Part shown: piece after piece, positions 58,764 to 64,000 of the stretch
How the letters are laid out: each line of letters begins with the position of its first letter
How positions within the stretch are numbered: position 1 is the stretch's first letter
DNA from: Orbicella franksi
Lineage: Eukaryota
NCBI GenBank assembly: GCA_964199315.1
Contig: OZ116707.1
Coordinates: forward strand, 8,742,001-8,806,000
Direction: 5' to 3'
Length of the DNA stretch: 64,000 nucleotides
Translations under genes and position numbers: made by a program
Notes under the pieces: model-generated
Database searches by the model: none
The model's input: only the letters and a program-made list of their open reading frames with translations
What the model was told of the DNA's origin: nothing

Positions 58764-59876
58764 TTAAAATCTAAGAAAATAAATTATAAACTTGATTCTC
58801 AGCTTCCCATTTTCTTCTACCCATTTATTTATTCTTTGTAAATTTAATCCCCACATTTGCCCTTCTTTGAGGGTAGTGTGGCTGAGGAAAAAAACCTCTT
58901 CTTTATCTCCTCCAGGCATCATCACAAACCTAATTAAGAAATAAAGTTTCAAAGGTATTGAATAATACTCATCATTTTCCAGCAGCTAGACCTTCTAATA
59001 GATCGAGTGACGATTAAAGGTGTACCGGTACTTTGACTGCATAATTTTACTGCCTTACATTTTGAATGCAAATCATACACTTTTACGGAATGAACATGTG
59101 GTTTTCCATTTTAACCAGATCAATCAAGTGTTCAGTTATTCCCTGTATGTGATTTCATATTCCATGGACCACAAATATGCTTGGTTGCAGTTCTTTCAAT
59201 TCTTTTAATCGCAATTCTTTGGATGTTTTCAATAAAACAAATTTTCCACAAGCACTTGTTGGATATGAGTTAGTTATACCCAACTTGGCACTATGCCTCG
59301 TTGGCTATCTGCCATTTCCAATCCATCATGCACTCATTGAATAATTTTTAATTATATTTTCTTACCTTATCTCAACTGTCACTGGGTTTGCTGCTGACAC
59401 AAGTTGCAGGAACAAATCCATGTCCTGTGTCAGCAGAGCCCTCCAACTGTCTCTCCCGTTCCTGAAAACATTACTGGTCAGTGGCTCCTGTCTCGTGTTC
59501 AGAAGGGCCATATTGGTGGGGAACTCTTCTATCTCCCATTTAAAAGAGATAACCTTGTCCGCTTCTGGTTCCTCTTTCTCTGCATTGTAATCCTGTAATG
59601 ATGATGGTATTCATTACATTTGTCAATGATTATGACCATATGACTAACAGCCGGCATTTAACCAAGTTATTTTTATATTTGGATGACCCTCTATAATATA
59701 GAATGCAAATTTGTGCTTCTGCCACATGAACAGGGGAGTCGTCGTGAATTTCATCGAGCAAGTGAGTGAGTGAGTGAGTGAGTGAGTAACAAAAGAGGGG
59801 AGGCAGTTACCACTGCCGACCGGTTAGCCTAGTTGGTAGAGCGTCGGACTGTGGGAGGTCTCGGGTTCGAGCCCCA

Positions 59877-59917
<41 letters not shown>

Positions 59918-62438
59918 TATGCTTCCTTTGCAATGACATCTGCAAATGGTTAGATTTTCTAGTCTTCTCGGATAAGGACGATAAACCGTAGGCCCCGTCT
60001 CCTGCATCTTCACTGTTATGGTCAGCAGGGGACGTTAAAGAACCCACACACTCCTGCTCGCAAAAGCAGGGAAGTTCCCGGTGTTGTGGTCTGGTCTTTG
60101 CCCATTGTGCTGTTGAAATGCTCCTTAACATTAGCTGTTAAAGCTACTCTACATTTCCGAGGGTGAATAAAGTATACATCTACTAGTTCAGCTTATTTTA
60201 ATGTTACCCCAATGTATTAAAGATGTGCATGCTCAATTATAAAATGTGTATGCTGTATACTATTCAATATGTGAATTTGACTATTGATGAGGGCAGGGAA
60301 ATTGATCAAACATTAAACTTAAGAAATTTTTATTCATGGGAATATATCGAATGGTATAAATTAAAGCCCGTTATTTTTTACCTCTTTGTTTAATATCCTA
60401 TTAAGCCGTTGAATTTCTGCATTCTGCAGGTTGAAATGACTTTCAGCGGCCTCTAACACATGCTGCTGGTAGTGTTTTCTCTCCACGACTCTTTTGCAGC
60501 CAGGAACCTGGCACTCGATACCTTTGTTGCTGCAAAGCTCCAAATGTAGGTTTACATGGTTCCTGAAAATGGGATGGGATATTACCTTTTGTTACAATAT
60601 ATCAAGAAGTTATAACAAGGTGGTCGAACACCGCCAACTGTTTTCTCCACTAATAAATAAATTTATCGCAGATTCTAAGTAACTAAATGCGTTCGCCGAT
60701 AACCATGTTTAGAGTTTTAATCACCCGTGTCCTTTTGTTAAATTATAATGTCCTCACATAGATTAAAGCATCAAGACAGAATCCCATTTTTTTTGTTTAG
60801 TTACTTATTTAACTCAGTAGCGCTGTGTAAAAAAATTTAGTAACCCCGATCTAGAGCATCTTAAAAAAACAATTCCAGCTTACCGGCTGGCAACGACCAA
60901 ATTTGGAAGACGTTTCTATTATTGGACAGTTGTCTTAATAATACCAAAATTATTAGACGATTCAGGACTGACGTCACGCAAAAACGGCTTTGATGCTGAA
61001 ATCGCAAAAATGACCGAAAGGTTTCATCAATACAAAGAGGAAAAAAATTCCAAGTTATTAGATCGAAGACAAGGATAGTCGAAACACTGACAGAGCAACG
61101 AAGAGGAGTCTCTCAATTGTGAAAGTGTATCTTGTACTCTCTTCAAGACAAAAAAAAATCCTGATCCTGCCACTAGCGGAGGACTTGGAACTGTTTTTCG
61201 AAAATTCTACGCCGAAGAGAAAAATAGGATGGAAACCAGTATTCGAGAACGTTGCTTTGTGCCATCAGATTTGCAAGCAAGTGCTATATAACGACATTAT
61301 AAAGGACTTTGAATTCTATCAGGTTAACTGAGTTTTTTGAAGTTTAAATGAAATTTAAAGCAAAAGTTGTATATTGCGTCTTTGCATACCGTCAAAACTC
61401 TATTACCTTCGCAAGGGGTGCATATATATCCCCTACTTAGAACGGTTTTCCTTGTTCAGTTCACTCTTTGTCAACGGTCAACCAGGTTTCGTTTTCTTAA
61501 GTGACTATTTTTGACTCTCACCTCAAGCAATAACCTATTCGTATGTTATGTTGATCCTCTATGGCTGCCTGTTTCGCGGGATCGCAATTTCGAAAAGTGG
61601 ATCAAGCATGCTATTCCGACCACCTTATTTTTATGCTTTGGCTTAAAAAAACGTTAAAAACGTGAAACAAGTTCTTTCGCAGGTCGCCTATTTAGCATTT
61701 TTTTTGGCACATCGTGTAATTTAAATATCGTGAAAATAAGTGACAATCCCGCATCCCTCTCATGAACCATATCACACTGTTTTGAGAAATCGACTGTTCC
61801 GGCCAGAAATTGGGAATAATCAACATACCGTGGTAACAGCGTTCCGCATTCCAACGGACATTGTACTGGCGAATTGACGCACATAAAGTCGTGGTGATGT
61901 TGTATGCCATCTCTAGGTACCAGCAGTTTGCAGTCCATACACGGGAGCTTTTGTTTTGGGCAGACGTCCTCGTGGGCTGGCATCGTTTCCCGAGCAGCCA
62001 CGTGTGTGCAGTGCTCGTTTTTGCACCTTTCTTCTAGTTTAGGACATTCATTATAGTGGTCCTCTGCTTCGGGATAAATGCCACTCCACTCACAGCCTCC
62101 GCTTAAACATTTTACATTTAGATCTCTGGTCATGGTGTCCATGATGACGTTAAGCTTCAGGCCGTTCGCTGTGAATGGCGTGCGACATGTATGACACTTT
62201 GGCGTAGCGATTCTAGCCAGATTAGCTAAGCACTTTTCCCAGCCAGAATGCCCACAGCTCAGGGTAACGGGTTTCAGGATAACATTTAAACTGGAAAGAA
62301 ACATGGCAATGCATTCAACAACGGTTATTCTTAGACCAAGCAATATTAGAATTTCAAAACTCACCAGATAGGGCACTGTAAACTCGCGTCCACCTTCTCC
62401 AAAAAAGCACAGTTAAAAGCTGTTTCCAGAGACATCAT
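58764..62438 (-). CDS. TRAF-like protein (RING, TRAF Zn fingers, coiled coil, divergent MATH-like domain), 5 exons, 369 aa
   Basis: Exons 62438-62365, 62290-61829, 60562-60382, 59592-59366 and 58929-58764 total 1110 nt; all introns GT-AG with consistent phases (2,2,0,2) and no internal stop seen; CPIC...CGH...C...CHTC RING, repeated CxxC/HxxxC fingers, ISFKWEIEEF MATH start. Confidence 0.85.
59245..59350. repeat. Short palindromic MITE-like repeat in a TRAF intron
   Basis: TTGTTGGATATGAG...CCAACTTGG...GTTGGCTAT...CCAATCC internal inverted structure. Confidence 0.4.
59812..60125 (+). mobile_element. tRNA-derived SINE in a TRAF intron
   Basis: GGTTAGCCTAGTTGGTAGAGC (A-box) and GGGTTCGAGCCC (B-box), followed by a ~240-bp non-tRNA body. 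Confidence 0.8.
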
Positions 62439-63419
62439 TGAGAAGATACTTTCTCTCGAATATTTAGCTTGTCGAAAAGGGATTGTCGACCACGAACACG
62501 CTAGCTAGCACAAATAGGCAGAAAGGAACAATTCACAAGGAATCTGGAAATCATCAATGGAATTACTTTGACAATGATAATGTTTCCAGCGCAGCACAAA
62601 AAATGAAATTGGCTTCCGGCTTTGGAGCGATTGCAGGCTGCACCTTTAGCGGTTTTTTTCTCTCTCTTTTTCTCTCTCCTCTTCACGCGTGTTACACGAA
62701 AGTGTAATCGAAAGAGAGAAATTATATTCCATACGCTCTCTTCGATTTGAAAAACAGAAACGTGTATCTTTCTTGACTAAAGATTGTCGTGGGAAATTGA
62801 CCTGGCTTACACGTGTATCGTATATCATGTTGTAAAGGTCACGCTACAATGTAACGCAACCTTCAATGAGTAACAAAAAGCTACATAAATTATCTTTTGA
62901 TTATTATTATTATTTTTTTTTACCAATTTGCGATATCGGAATCACTGTAACAAACCATGAGCAAGGTTGCCAGCAGGCAATAAAAAGACGCGAAAAGCGT
63001 TCAGTTTCAAATAAAGCTTCATAAAAAGTGACACGAGCCCCCCACCCGGGGGGTACTCCCAAAGAGCCTTTTGATTTTCCTTTAAACCTTACCAAAACAA
63101 TGTTTTCTAATTCGTATGCAATGTCCCGAAAAATATAGATATGTTATTTGCCGGCCGGGAGGTCCGTATTGGGGAAAACTGTGCCCGAGGTCTTAAAAAC
63201 TGTTTCCCTTTAATCCTTAGGAAGTTTGAAGATGGGACCCTAGGCGTGACACAATTGGAACGACCAAAAATACGTTGAATAGCATTAAAAAAAAGTTAAA
63301 AATAAAAATTGGAGGGTTTTTACAAAGATCGCGACAGGAAAGATAATTTAACGCAATGTGTTTTCAAGCAAATTTGTGGGTAGAATTGTCCGCGAAGTGA
63401 GAAATTTTCAGTTCTATTA

Positions 63420-63570
63420 TATGTTATTTGCCGGCTGGGAGGTCCGTATAGTGAAAAACTGTGACCGAGGTCTTGAAAATGCTGCCCGTGGCCGCAGGCC
63501 GAGGGCAGCATTTCCAAGTCCGAGGTCACAATTTTTCACTATACGGACCGACCCTAAGCCGGTAAATAAC
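63420..63570. mobile_element. Palindromic MITE (partial second copy at 63140-63198)
   Basis: GTTATTTGCCGGC...GGTCCGTATAGTGAAAAA.TGTGACC mirrored by GGTCACAATTTTTCACTATACGGACC...GCCGGTAAATAAC. Confidence 0.75.
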
Positions 63571-64000
63571 TTATTTATTTTTTTCCAAGCTCTCAAACGA
63601 AAAAAAGTCAGGGAAAAAAACTTACGCAAGCGTTACTGTGACTGTGGTCATAGATAGGAAAATCCGGACCGCGCTAAGAACCAATCAGATTGCAGGATTC
63701 GTTACCGTGCCCGCTTGGAAAAAAATAACAAAAAAATATTATTCTGTAAGAATCAATCATTTTGAAGTTAACATCTGCATTACAATGAAATCGGGATAAC
63801 ACCAGGTTATGTGAAATATAGCTTTTACAACTTTTTCTAAAAGAGAGTCAACACATTTGCTGACATCCAGCTCACCCCACGAGTCCTTGCCCATGGGCGA
63901 ACTGGATCGCCCCCCCCCCTCTCTCTTCTATTGAAAATTTCAGCTTAACCATTCACCGTCACCATTCCTATATAGGGCACAGCCATATTAGACCATATAA

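Noticed and set aside
59814-59885. Possible tRNA gene
   Set aside because: The anticodon arm is shortened and the sequence runs on into a SINE body.

Overview
AT-rich animal genomic DNA with spliceosomal introns; the repeat repertoire suggests a cnidarian such as a stony coral (inference). The window is a deeply nested transposon graveyard with one apparently intact host gene. Left to right: (1) a multi-exon KDZ/Zisupton-like CxC-DDE transposase pseudogene (1-10920, +) carrying an intronic pogo transposon with a divergent HIRAN-like ORF; (2) a ~103-bp satellite; (3) a convergent multi-exon homeodomain+HMG-box gene (-); (4) a 37-bp minisatellite; (5) a Helentron (2A-like motif, OTU, Rep, PIF1 helicase, endonuclease, RPA-like gene) abutting (6) a Kolobok element (THAP-DDE transposase plus convergent P2X7-ballast-like KolX gene), whose right end sits at TTAA in (7) a hAT remnant; (8) an unidentified Cys/Trp-rich multi-exon pseudogene (-) whose 12-kb intron holds an RTE LINE with a candidate HDV-like ribozyme, split by a Ngaro-type tyrosine-recombinase retrotransposon (A1...B1-A2-B2 repeats, SGNH hydrolase upstream of gag) that itself holds a Sola-like element; (9) a 5-exon, 369-aa TRAF-like gene (-). 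All domain calls come from motif recognition by eye; no database searches were run, and boundaries of decayed elements are approximate.
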